Source: an uncultured Methylomirabilota bacterium (lineage in GTDB: Bacteria > Methylomirabilota > Methylomirabilia > Methylomirabilales > 2-02-FULL-66-22). Taken from it: a stretch of 64,000 nucleotides of DNA. A program made the translations under genes and the position numbers. Each line of letters starts with the position of its first letter. The first letter of the stretch is position 1. The DNA lies in the NCBI GenBank assembly GCA_963845565.1, contig CAWJSJ010000001.1, positions 576,001 to 640,000 on the forward strand, given 5' to 3'. The notes under the pieces were generated by a model. That model was given only the letters and a program-made list of their open reading frames with translations, did no database searches and was not told the DNA's origin. Shown piece by piece: positions 11,958-21,215 of the stretch.

Positions 11958-12001
11958 CCGCCGGCGGGGCCATCGGGCGGCCAGGGTACCGGTGTGCGAC
12001 C
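11619..12001 (+). repeat. 383-bp direct repeat, copy 1
   Basis: Matches 14800-15182 with 2 substitutions seen; offset 3181 bp. Confidence 0.95.
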
Positions 12002-12134
12002 ATCCCGCTGGGTGCTCGTGCGCGGGGCGGACGCGAACCTCGGCCCGACGAGGGTCCGACGGCCGTCGGCATCGTCAAGGCGCCGATTGCCTTTCTCGGC
12101 TCGTCCAGATTCCTGCGTGTCAATGAGCGTTAAC

Positions 12135-13331
12135 ATGCTGAGACCGCTTGTGCTCGTCGGCCTGATTGCCGCCCTGGCGGGATGCGGGTTCCTGCCGCGC
12201 AACGCGGTCCCGCCCGAACTTTCGGCCCAGGCGGCGATCCCGCATATGCCCGAGGTTCGGGCTTGGGCGGGAACACCGAGCCCGGTCATGGAGCGCGATC
12301 TTGCGGCCTCCTTCGACCAGGAGTCCTCCGAGGAATTTCCGGAAGCGGCCGACGGCGTCGTAGCCTACGCGCATCTCGCGCTCTCCGGCGGCGGTCCGAA
12401 CGGCGCCTTTGGTGCGGGATTCCTCAACGGCTGGTCCGCCACCGGCAAACGACCGGTGTTCAAGATCGTCACCGGCGTCTCGACGGGCGCGCTGATGGCG
12501 CCGTTCGCCTTCGTCGGTCCGTCGTACGACGAGTCCCTGCGCCAGTTCTATACGACCACCGCGTCGCGCAACATCTTCCGGATGCTCTCGATCATTCCGC
12601 AGCTCCTCGCGGGAGAATCGCTCGCCGACTCGGGTCCGCTCGCGGCGCTGATCGAGAAGCACATGGACACAGCGCTGCTCGGGCAGGTCGCGGACGCGCA
12701 CCGCCGGGGCCGGCGCCTGTACGTTGGCACCGTGGACCTCGACGCGCAGCGTTTCGTCGTGTGGAACATGGGACTCATCGCGACGAGCGGGCGTCCGGAA
12801 GCGCTGGAGCTGTTCCGCAAGGTGATATTCGCATCTGCCTCGGTGCCGGTCGCGTTCCCGCCGGTCTTTTTCGACGTCGAGGTGGCGGGGCGCCTCTACG
12901 ACGAAATGCACGTCGACGGGGCCGTGGCGGCCCGCGTGTTCTACAACGGCGGCGTGTTTGACCCCTCGATCATCCGCAGCCGCGCGGGCCGCGGCACGGG
13001 GCGCGAACACATCTACGTGATCCACAATGGTCAGTTGCTGCCGGCTTCGAAGCCGGTCCCGCGATCGCTGCGCGGCATCGCGCTGCGAGTGCTCGCCTCC
13101 TCGGGGAAGGCGGGGATGATGGGCGACCTCGTTCGCATCTATGCGTTCACCCGCGAGGCGCAGGCGAGCTTTCAATGGGTCACGATCCCCGAGGCCGTCG
13201 ATATCGACGGGGACGAGGTGTTCGACCCGGTCATGATGACGCGGCTCTACGAGGTCGGGTACCGGACCGCGATCGCGGGCCCGGTGTGGACGACCCGTCC
13301 GCCGGGATTCCAGTTCGAGCCGGCGCGCTAG
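12135..13331 (+). CDS. Patatin-like phospholipase lipoprotein
   Basis: LAGC lipobox; LSGGGPNGAFGAG, GVSTG and HVDGA catalytic motifs. Confidence 0.9.
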   Translation: MLRPLVLVGLIAALAGCGFLPRNAVPPELSAQAAIPHMPEVRAWAGTPSPVMERDLAASFDQESSEEFPEAADGVVAYAHLALSGGGPNGAFGAGFLNGWSATGKRPVFKIVTGVSTGALMAPFAFVGPSYDESLRQFYTTTASRNIFRMLSIIPQLLAGESLADSGPLAALIEKHMDTALLGQVADAHRRGRRLYVGTVDLDAQRFVVWNMGLIATSGRPEALELFRKVIFASASVPVAFPPVFFDVEVAGRLYDEMHVDGAVAARVFYNGGVFDPSIIRSRAGRGTGREHIYVIHNGQLLPASKPVPRSLRGIALRVLASSGKAGMMGDLVRIYAFTREAQASFQWVTIPEAVDIDGDEVFDPVMMTRLYEVGYRTAIAGPVWTTRPPGFQFEPAR

Positions 13332-13372
13332 CCCGCATTATTCGCGAACACAGCTCGCGAACAATGCGGGCT
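13330..13372. repeat. Family A palindrome, copy 3
   Basis: AGCCCGCATTATTCGCGA-acacagc-TCGCGAACAATGCGGGCT; begins in the TAG stop of the patatin gene. Confidence 0.9.
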
Positions 13373-13447
13373 TAACTGGGTGTCCATTTGGCTCACGGCG
13401 GATCCGCGCTGGGTATAGCGGGGCGCCTCGGAAAGGAGAGCCTGTCG

Positions 13448-14782
13448 ATGGGTTCGAAATGGACAGCGGGGCGTGCTGCGAGGGGCACGGGCACCCCTGC
13501 GCACGGTCGATCTCAACGGCCCGCGTGCCTCCTACCCACGCTCCTTTTCCTCGGGCTCCTCGCCGGTTGCGATTCGGCCGAGGTCGCCCGGCCCATGATG
13601 CCGGCGCCGATCATCATGAAGGACGCGCGGCTCGACTTCACGCGCCGCGTCGCGCCGGAAGACCGCCAGACCAATACCGTGCGGGTCCTCTATGCGACTC
13701 CTCGCGTCCCAGCCCCGGCGGGGGCGCCGGAGCGGTACCTGGCGCGCGCCGACTCCGCGGTGCGCCTGGGCGTGGCCCACGTGGAGCTGGGCGAACCGGG
13801 CTGGTCCTTCGCCGACCTCGTCGAATCGGACCGCACCAGCACGCTCGACACCCCGCGTCCTGCCCGCGTCGCGGCGATCGACACGTTCGGCGAACTGGGG
13901 GGCGCAGGCGAGCAGGCCTTCATCGACGCCGTCGACCGCCAGGTCCGGCGCTCACCCACCGGCGAGGCGGTGATCTACGTGCCGGGGTACCGCGTCACCT
14001 TCAACCAGGTGATGACGCTCATGGGCGCCTGGGCGCACTACCTCGGGCGCTCCTCGGCCGTGGTCGCCTTCAGCTGGCCCACCGGGACGCAGTGGTGGAA
14101 CTATCTGATCGACTGTCCGCGCGCCCGCGCCCACATCCCCGACATCGCGCGGCTGATCGCCTTGGTCGCCGAGCGCAGCCAGGCCAAGCGCCTGAACCTG
14201 CTCGGCTTCAGCTGCGGCTCGCCCCTGCTGGCCGAGGCGCTGGTGCAGCTCCGTGCGCGCCATCCCGGGGAGGACCACGCGGCGCTGCAGCGGCGCTATC
14301 GGATCGCCAACGCCATCTTCGTGGCCGCCGACATCGACCTCACGACCTTCACCCGGGCGCAATTGCCGGCCCTCTACGACCTCGCCCGGCGCACCGAGGT
14401 CTACGTGTCGGAGGACGACGTCGCGCTCAAGGTCTCGGGCTGGCTGGCCCGGGCCTCGCGGCTCGGGCGCCCGCGTCTGGACGAGCTCACGCGCGACGAC
14501 CTGGAGACCCTCGCGAGCAACACACGCCTGGTGGGTATCGACGTGGCCGGCGTGTATGGCGCCCACGAGCTGACGGGCATCCGCGGCCACGGGTACTGGA
14601 TCGCCAATCCGCGGGTCTCCACCGATGTCCTGCTGTCCATGATCTACCCCTTCGATCCCGCCTGGCGCGGGCTGAGTCACTCGCCGGGTGTGGGCATGTG
14701 GACCTTCCCGGACGACTATCCCCAGCGCGTCGGCGCCGCGGTGTACGGGGCCGCACCCGCGCTGCGGCGCGAGGGGCGCTGA
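13448..14782 (+). CDS. Alpha/beta hydrolase (DUF900-like) lipoprotein
   Basis: LLAGC lipobox; VLYATPR, IYVPGY, AFSWP, GFSCG nucleophile elbow, FVAADID and GHGYW. Confidence 0.8.
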   Translation: MGSKWTAGRAARGTGTPAHGRSQRPACLLPTLLFLGLLAGCDSAEVARPMMPAPIIMKDARLDFTRRVAPEDRQTNTVRVLYATPRVPAPAGAPERYLARADSAVRLGVAHVELGEPGWSFADLVESDRTSTLDTPRPARVAAIDTFGELGGAGEQAFIDAVDRQVRRSPTGEAVIYVPGYRVTFNQVMTLMGAWAHYLGRSSAVVAFSWPTGTQWWNYLIDCPRARAHIPDIARLIALVAERSQAKRLNLLGFSCGSPLLAEALVQLRARHPGEDHAALQRRYRIANAIFVAADIDLTTFTRAQLPALYDLARRTEVYVSEDDVALKVSGWLARASRLGRPRLDELTRDDLETLASNTRLVGIDVAGVYGAHELTGIRGHGYWIANPRVSTDVLLSMIYPFDPAWRGLSHSPGVGMWTFPDDYPQRVGAAVYGAAPALRREGR

Positions 14783-14799
14783 GGCCGCGATGGTACCGG

Positions 14800-15182
14800 G
14801 CGGCCGGCCCCTATGACGGCGCGCGCCCCTTCCTGTGCGCCGTGACGGCGATCCTGGAATGCGGCGCCGCCGGCGAGTGCGAGCGCCACCTCGCCGACGA
14901 CGAGACCGCCCCCGCCATCCTCAAGGTCGACGTGGCCGGCCAGACGGTCACCACCGGGACCGCCCGGAAGAGCGCGATCAAGAGCGTCACGCGCCTGGAC
15001 GGCCAGTTGATCCTGCAGGGAGGCGAGAACGGGCGGGGCTGGAGCGCGACGGTCGACGAGGACACCGGACGCATGGCCGTCGCCATCGTCGACCACGACT
15101 ACACCTTCTCGCTCTTCGGCGCCTGCACCCTCCCGTAACCGCCGGCGGGGCCATCGGGCGGCCAGGGTACCGGTGTGCGACC
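14800..15182 (+). repeat. 383-bp direct repeat, copy 2; 5'-truncated duplicate of the 11547..11957 gene
   Basis: Same mature-protein coding sequence (AAGPYDG...GACTLP*) without the start codon or signal peptide. Confidence 0.95.
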
Positions 15183-15841
15183 TAATGTTGCAGGCGCTCA
15201 AGAGCCGCGACCACCATTTGAGTGCCTCCGCTGGCCAGGAGGGACACGGCGATCGCCGTGAGCAAGATGCCAGAGATGCGTTCGAGGAGCATTTGCACCC
15301 TCGGGGACGTGCGGCGCTCGACCTGACCGGATAGATACAGTGTGATGCCGGTAACAGCAGCATAGGCGATTCCGGCGATCGACAGCGCGACCACCTCCGA
15401 CACGTTCTCAGCCCGAGAGCGGAACCCGACGAGGATCGCAAAGGTGGTGCCGCCCACGGTCATCGGGAATGTGACGGGCATGAACAACACCGATCGCCAC
15501 GACGCGGCCTGTGCTCCTGGGTCAGCCCCGTCCAGGGATTCCTGTGGCGTCGGCTCGTGAGTGCCCCGCATCAAGGGAACCCCAACGTAGATGAGCGCGA
15601 TACCGCCCGTGAAGGCCAGCGCGGCGGTGCTAATACCCAGCAGTTCGAGGAGCGGTTCCCCGATCCAGAGGGCGGTCATCGCAAAGATAACCACGTACGC
15701 GAACAACCCGAAGGCGAGACGGCGCTGGTCTGCCGGCCCGAGCCGCCTGACGATCGAGAAGTAGGACGACAGCGCCGCGACTGGGCTGTACAGGGCGAGC
15801 AGGGCCATGAACATCATCAGCGGATTCTCGAGCAACGGCAT
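15182..15841 (-). CDS. MarC-family membrane protein
   Basis: GAAGGAGG RBS; GEPLLELLGISTAALAFTGGIAL, FMPVTFPMTVGG and LERISGILLTAIAVSLL. Confidence 0.85.
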   Translation of the reverse strand: MPLLENPLMMFMALLALYSPVAALSSYFSIVRRLGPADQRRLAFGLFAYVVIFAMTALWIGEPLLELLGISTAALAFTGGIALIYVGVPLMRGTHEPTPQESLDGADPGAQAASWRSVLFMPVTFPMTVGGTTFAILVGFRSRAENVSEVVALSIAGIAYAAVTGITLYLSGQVERRTSPRVQMLLERISGILLTAIAVSLLASGGTQMVVAALERLQH

Positions 15842-16168
15842 CGCGCATCCTCCTTCAGTTAGCGAACGACCGGCTGGGGCTCGATGGGATGAAGCGGCGG
15901 ACCCCCACCTCGACCCGTCGTCCAAGAACCGCCACTGCGACGCAACACCGTAGCACATATCACCGCCGTCGCGAGAGAGAAATAACCGCTCCGGTCGGAG
16001 ATCGACGGACCTCCGGAAGAAGGAATACCGGACAGCAACGCTGCGGCCGCATCCTCCGATCGAGACGTTTCTCACCCACCGGGGTTCTGGGTGGTCGCCG
16101 CGCATTACCCGCCCGTGGCGGGGTAGCCGTCACCCCATGGCCAGGTTCCGGAATCTCAGGGAGCGCTG

Positions 16169-17384
16169 ATGTCACTCCATCTGTCCGCTTTGCCGCGAAA
16201 CCTGCGAGGCTTGCTTCTCGCGCTTCTCGGTGGTCCTTCCGGACGCAACGGCTTCGGCCGAGGCCCTCTACCCCGAAACCGCCTCCCTGGTGGAGAGGGC
16301 CTTCCAGGGTCTCGGGACAGCCCCCATCGTGGACTTCCACGTGCACCTCGTGGCCCTGGAAGCCGAGGGTGCCTATGTGAATCCGAAGAAATTGAGCCCC
16401 TCGAGACCGTTGGAGTGGGTCAAGACGCGCCTCTACCTCCGCGCGAGCGGTGTGGGGGATCTCGCCCGTTTCGACGAGGCCTATGTTGAACGCCTGCTCG
16501 AACGCGCCAGCGCCTTCCCGCACCCCTTCCAGTTCTATCTTCTGGCCATGGACTACCACTATGGGAAGGACGGGCAGCGCGATCTCGCCCACACGGAATT
16601 CTTCGTTGCCAATGAGCTGGTGGTGTCCCTGGCCGAACGTCACCCCGAGCGGATCGTCCCGGTGGTCTCGGTGCACCCCTACCGAAAAGACGCCCTGGAG
16701 GAACTGGACCGCTGGGCGGCACGGGGCGTCCGTTTCGTGAAGTGGCTTCCCAACGCCCAGGGGATGGATCCTTCGGATCCCCTCTGCGATCCCTTCTATG
16801 CCCGCATGAAGCGGCATGGAATGACCCTGTTGAGCCATGCCGGAGAAGAGAAGGCGGTGCATGCCAAGTCGGCCCAGGCTTTGGGGAATCCGCTGAAGCT
16901 GCGCCGTGCCCTCGACGCGGGAGTCAGGGTGGTCATCGCCCACTGCGGAAGCCTCGGCCGCAACGAGGACCTGGATCGCCCCGGTCGGCTGGCCTCAAAC
17001 TTCGACCTCTTCCTTCGCCTGATGTCTGAGGAACGCTATCGCGGCCTCCTTTTCGGCGACATCTCCGCGATGACCCAGGTCAACCGGATGCCGGGCCCGC
17101 TTCGGACGATTCTGGAGCGCCCGGACCTTCAAGAGCGCCTGGTCAACGGCAGTGACTATCCGCTGCCCGGCATTCCGCTGCTGACTTTCATCCGTCAGTT
17201 TGCGTACCTCGGCTTTGTGACCGAGGTTGAGGCGCGAGCGTTGGCGAAAGTGTTCAAGTCCAACCCCTTGCTCGGGGACTTCGTCCTCAAGCGAACGATC
17301 CGGGATCCGGCGAGCGGCAGGGGCTTGGATCCGAGGATCTTCACAGGCCACGCACTTCGCAGTGCTCCTCCGGCGTCTCGGTGA
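16169..17384 (+). CDS. Amidohydrolase_2-family metallohydrolase; start uncertain (16169 needs a frameshift; in-frame GTG at 16230)
   Basis: VDFHVH, SVHPY, KWLP, LSHAGEE, IAHC and NGSDYP. Confidence 0.85.
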
Positions 17385-17553
17385 GATGCGGCCGGACCGG
17401 CCCGCCGTCCGCGAATCAGCCGACGACCTCGAGATCCAGGAGATCCTGAGGGAGCTGGACGAAGGGTGGGAAGCCTGGGGCGAGATGATGGGCGACGCGA
17501 TGTTCGCGGCGAAAACTGATGCTGGGGCCGGTGGACCTGATGATACCCTCCTA

Positions 17554-18051
17554 TCAACTCATCTCGCCGGACGAGGGGCCGGATAGCCAGGCGTGTACGA
17601 TTCCCTCGGCGCGCTCAATGACGGCTGGCAGGGAAGCCTCGACAGGTTTACTCAGGCCCTCTAGAACTTCATACGGATTCTCGACTTCTACCGCAACTAT
17701 TTGAAATATTGTAGGAAAACATATACCGAGGCTCTCGGCGAGTTGGATAACTGTGGGCAGGCCGGCGTAGTGGGGGGAGGGGGCGTCGTCCTTCTTGAAG
17801 TCTTCGGCAGAGAACTCTAGGATGGTTCCGGGCGGGTGCGTGCCGGTCAGAATGGCGTCGAGAAGGAGGGCTCGTTCGTAGCCTTCCAGCGCATCCAGGA
17901 GATCCAGCCCGCCGCCGCCGGACTCGACGACGTCCACGGTCTCGGGCAATAAAGCACGAAGCCGTCGGGCCGCTAGTAGCCCGACGGCGTCGTCTCCAAG
18001 GATGTCGTTGCCGAGGCCCAGCACCAAAATGCGCGGGGGCGCGTCGCTCAC
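17554..18051 (-). CDS. Hydrogenase maturation protease (for MvhA)
   Basis: LVLGLGNDILGDDAVG, LLDAI and SPH; overlaps the mvhA stop. Confidence 0.9.
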   Translation of the reverse strand: MSDAPPRILVLGLGNDILGDDAVGLLAARRLRALLPETVDVVESGGGGLDLLDALEGYERALLLDAILTGTHPPGTILEFSAEDFKKDDAPSPHYAGLPTVIQLAESLGICFPTIFQIVAVEVENPYEVLEGLSKPVEASLPAVIERAEGIVHAWLSGPSSGEMS

Positions 18052-19512
18052 CGCCGAAGTTCCTGCACGATCTGACCGGAGGCGTCCCGGATCGAGACGA
18101 TCAGCGGCATCTCGCCGGGGAGCGAGTGGGTCGCGCAGCCGTGGCAGGGGTCGTAGGCCCGAAACGCCATCTCGATCATGTTGAGGATACCGTCATCCGC
18201 CTTCCCCTGGTGGATGAGGCCCTTGGCGCTCTTTTCCACCCCCATCGCCATCCGGGCGGAGTTGCCCTGCGTCGCCACGATCAGATTGGCCTTCCGGATC
18301 AATCCGTTCTCGTCGGTCTCGTAGTGATGGAAGAGGGTGCCGCGCGGGGCTTCGACCACGCCGATGCCCACCGACGGCGTGGCGGTCGGGATCGTCCGGA
18401 TGTTCTTGCCGGTGATCTCGGGGTCGTTGACGAGCTCCCGGATCCGCTCGGCGGCCTGCAGCATCTCGATGACCCGTGCCCAGTGATTGGCGAGGGTGAA
18501 GTGGACGGGCTTCCCGCCCAGTGTGGAGAAGTATTCCTCGCACGCCTTCTGCGCCTCGGGCGTGGCCATCCCGTCTGCCGCATTCAGCCGGGCGAGCGGC
18601 GCCACGGAGTAGATGCTGCTCTCGGGGCCGTCGATGAACCCCTTCCAGCCCAGCGGCTTCAGGTAGCAGAACTTCACATAGCTCCACGGCTCCACGTGTT
18701 CGCCGACGTAGTCCAGATACTTCTGGACCGGGAACTTGGCGTACTCTTTCCCGCTCGGGTCCACGACGCGGATCTTCCCGTCGTAGAAGTTCACCCGGTT
18801 GTTCTCGTCCACCAACCCCATGTAGTAGGTCTTGTGGGTATAGGTGTCCGAGGTGATCAGCTTGACGTACTCGGGGTTCTTGAGGACGATGTCCTTGAAC
18901 ACCTGCAAGGTGAACTGCGCGAACTCCACGCCGTCCTCGGCGAGTTGCTTGAAGCCCGACAGGTCGTCCGGATTGAGGCCCTTCGACACACCGCCGGGCA
19001 GCCCCAGGACGGGATGGATGACCTTGCCGCCGAAGTACGAGATCAGGTCGCGGAGCCGTCGACGCATGGAGATGACCTTCTTGCCCGACGTCCACGCCGA
19101 CCTTCTGGATCACGCCCACGACGTTCCGCAGGGCCTTGGGAGCGTCCGGCCCCACGATGAAATCCGGTCCCCCGAGGATATAGACGTGCAGTGCGTGATC
19201 CTCCAGCATGAAGGTGTTGTAGACCAACTCGCGGATCTTCCTGCCGGTCGGCGGCGCCTCGATCTTGTAGAGGTCGTCCAGCGCCTTGGTCCCCGCCATG
19301 TGGTGGGCGGTGGGGCAGACGCCGCAGATCCGGCTGGTGATCTGGGGCATGTCCTCGGCCGGTCGGCCGATACTGAAGGTCTCGAAGCCCCGCAGTTCGG
19401 GGACCTGGAAGTACGCGCGTTCCACCTCGCCCCTGGCGTCCAGGAAGATGTCGATCTTGCCGTGGCCTTCCAGGCGGGTGATCGGATCGATGGTGATCGT
19501 TCGTGTTTGCAT
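18048..19512 (-). CDS. mvhA: [NiFe]-hydrogenase large subunit, MvhA-like (group 3c); single frameshift near 19085
   Basis: IDPITRLEGHGKI, L1 [18 protein letters not shown]2 DPCHGCATH plus C-terminal extension. One extra G in a run splits the ORF. Confidence 0.9.
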
Positions 19513-19526
19513 CGGTCGGTCGCCTC

Positions 19527-19706
19527 CTAACAGGCCGCTGAAAAAGGCCCATCTGCGGCGACCATCCTGCGGATGGGTACCCCGCGCGCTCGCGCGGCGC
19601 TGCGACGTACGTGCTAAGTACGTCTCGCGCCACGCATCGCGCGCTGCCTTGCATCTGGGCCTTTTTGAGCAGCCTGAGCAAAAACGAGTGTTTCACTATT
19701 CTGCTA
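19527..19706. mobile_element. Family B MITE-like element, copy 2 (between mvhG and mvhA)
   Basis: CAGGCCGCTGAAAAAGGCCCATCTGCGGCG...GCCTTGCATCTGGGCCTTTTTGAGCAGCCTG plus a degenerate outer end overlapping the mvhG TAG. Confidence 0.75.
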
Positions 19707-20684
19707 TACCTCAGCCTGCCGGCCCATGCGGGCGCGGAGCAGGGAAGCGGCAAGCCCATAGCGATAGAACGTCCCCACCGGGTCGGGGATGGTGGCGAGG
19801 GTCGCGTCAATCTCCTTCTCATCCGTGGCGACAACGTTGGAGCAGATCGAGGAGAGAAACTTCGCCCCTTGATCTTTGACCCGTGAGGTGGGTCCGAAGC
19901 AGCCGGAACAGGGCATGTTCCCCTGCACACAGAGCGCCTCGCAGCCGCCGCGGGTCGCCGGGCCCATGCACAGGAACCCTTGGGTCAAGAGGCACTTCTC
20001 CGGATCCAGCTCCGACGTGTGTGGGCGCTTGAACGCCGTGAACGAAAGGTCAGGCGGCTTGGTCTCCTTGCGCGGACACTCCTCGCAGAGGGCAATATCG
20101 GGGGAGAGGACGCTGCCCTTGGGCGGCGCGGCGCCGGAAAGCAGCGCAGTCAGGGCCTGTTGGAGGAGTTTCGGTGTCGGGGGACAGCCGGGAAGGTAGT
20201 AGTCCACCGGGATCACCTGGTCGAGTGTCCGCACCAGCCGATGCATCTCCGGCAGCGTGACAGTCCGGCCGTCCTCCTGGAACTTCAGGGTAGGGTAGGT
20301 CCTCTCGGTATTCTGGGTCGAGGGCGACTCTTCGTACACGAACTTCAGGATCTGCTCCCGGTCGAACTGGTTGGCCAGGCCCGGGATCCCGCCGAGATGC
20401 GCGCACGCCCCGTAGGCAATGACCAACTGGCTCTTCCGGCGGAGCATGCGCACCATCTCTTCCTGTTCCGTGCTCCGGACGGCACCGTTGATCATACTGA
20501 CGAGGATAGAGCCGTCGGCCATCGCCTCGACGTCGCTCCGCTTGAAGTCCATGGCCACCGGCCAGAAGATGATGTCCACGGCGTCCACGACGCCGAGGAT
20601 GCCCTCCGCAAGGTCCACGACCGATTCCTCGCAGCCCCCGCAGGAGGCGCACCAGTAGAAGGCGACCTTGGGTTTATCCGGCAT
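19704..20684 (-). CDS. mvhG: [NiFe]-hydrogenase small subunit MvhG
   Basis: WCASCGGCEES, YGACA, PGCPP, CEECPR, CLL..GFLCMGPATRGGC and PCSGCFGP. Confidence 0.9.
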   Translation of the reverse strand: MPDKPKVAFYWCASCGGCEESVVDLAEGILGVVDAVDIIFWPVAMDFKRSDVEAMADGSILVSMINGAVRSTEQEEMVRMLRRKSQLVIAYGACAHLGGIPGLANQFDREQILKFVYEESPSTQNTERTYPTLKFQEDGRTVTLPEMHRLVRTLDQVIPVDYYLPGCPPTPKLLQQALTALLSGAAPPKGSVLSPDIALCEECPRKETKPPDLSFTAFKRPHTSELDPEKCLLTQGFLCMGPATRGGCEALCVQGNMPCSGCFGPTSRVKDQGAKFLSSICSNVVATDEKEIDATLATIPDPVGTFYRYGLAASLLRARMGRQAEV

Positions 20685-21198
20685 GGGCGACCTCCTTCAC
20701 TCCGGCCTCGGCTTCGAGGTGTTCCATCTCTCGATCGAAATCCTTGAACTGGCCCGGCATACCAAGCGGGCCGAGGGCCTTGACCTTCTCCGCCATGTCG
20801 TTGATCACGAGCTTGACCTTCTCGCCCTCGGAGGCGGAAATCCACTCCAGCCGGAATCGGTCGGCCTCGATCCCCATGTCCGCGAGGACCCGCCGGAGCA
20901 TCCGGATGCGCCGGGCCGCCTTATAATTCCCTTCGGAGTAGTGGCAATCGCCGAAGTGGCATCCGCCGATCAAGACGCCGTCGGCGCCCTTGGCGAACGC
21001 TTCCAGGACGAACTGGGGATCGACCCGGCCCGAGCACATGACCCGGATGATTCGAACGTTGGAGGCGTGCTTCATGCGCGAGACACCCGCCAAGTCGGCC
21101 GCGGTGTACGTACACCAGTTACAGAAGAACGCCACGATCCGCGGCTCCCACTTGGCGGGAGGATTCCCGTTCGATGGTTTGTCAGTCGGCTGCGACAC
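20674..21198 (-). CDS. mvhD: MvhD [2Fe-2S] subunit
   Basis: FFCNWCTYTAADLAG, RVMCSGRVDP, GGCHFGDCHY and WISASEG. Confidence 0.95.
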   Translation of the reverse strand: MSQPTDKPSNGNPPAKWEPRIVAFFCNWCTYTAADLAGVSRMKHASNVRIIRVMCSGRVDPQFVLEAFAKGADGVLIGGCHFGDCHYSEGNYKAARRIRMLRRVLADMGIEADRFRLEWISASEGEKVKLVINDMAEKVKALGPLGMPGQFKDFDREMEHLEAEAGVKEVAHAG

Positions 21199-21215
21199 GA
21201 TTGGCCTCCCTCACG

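Noticed and set aside
17386..17586. Small acidic ORF after the amidohydrolase
   Set aside because: No recognisable motif or clear RBS, and it overlaps the convergent protease gene.
18048..19512. mvhA as a split gene or pseudogene
   Set aside because: A single extra base in a G run with all motifs intact; a sequencing error is more likely, though unverified.
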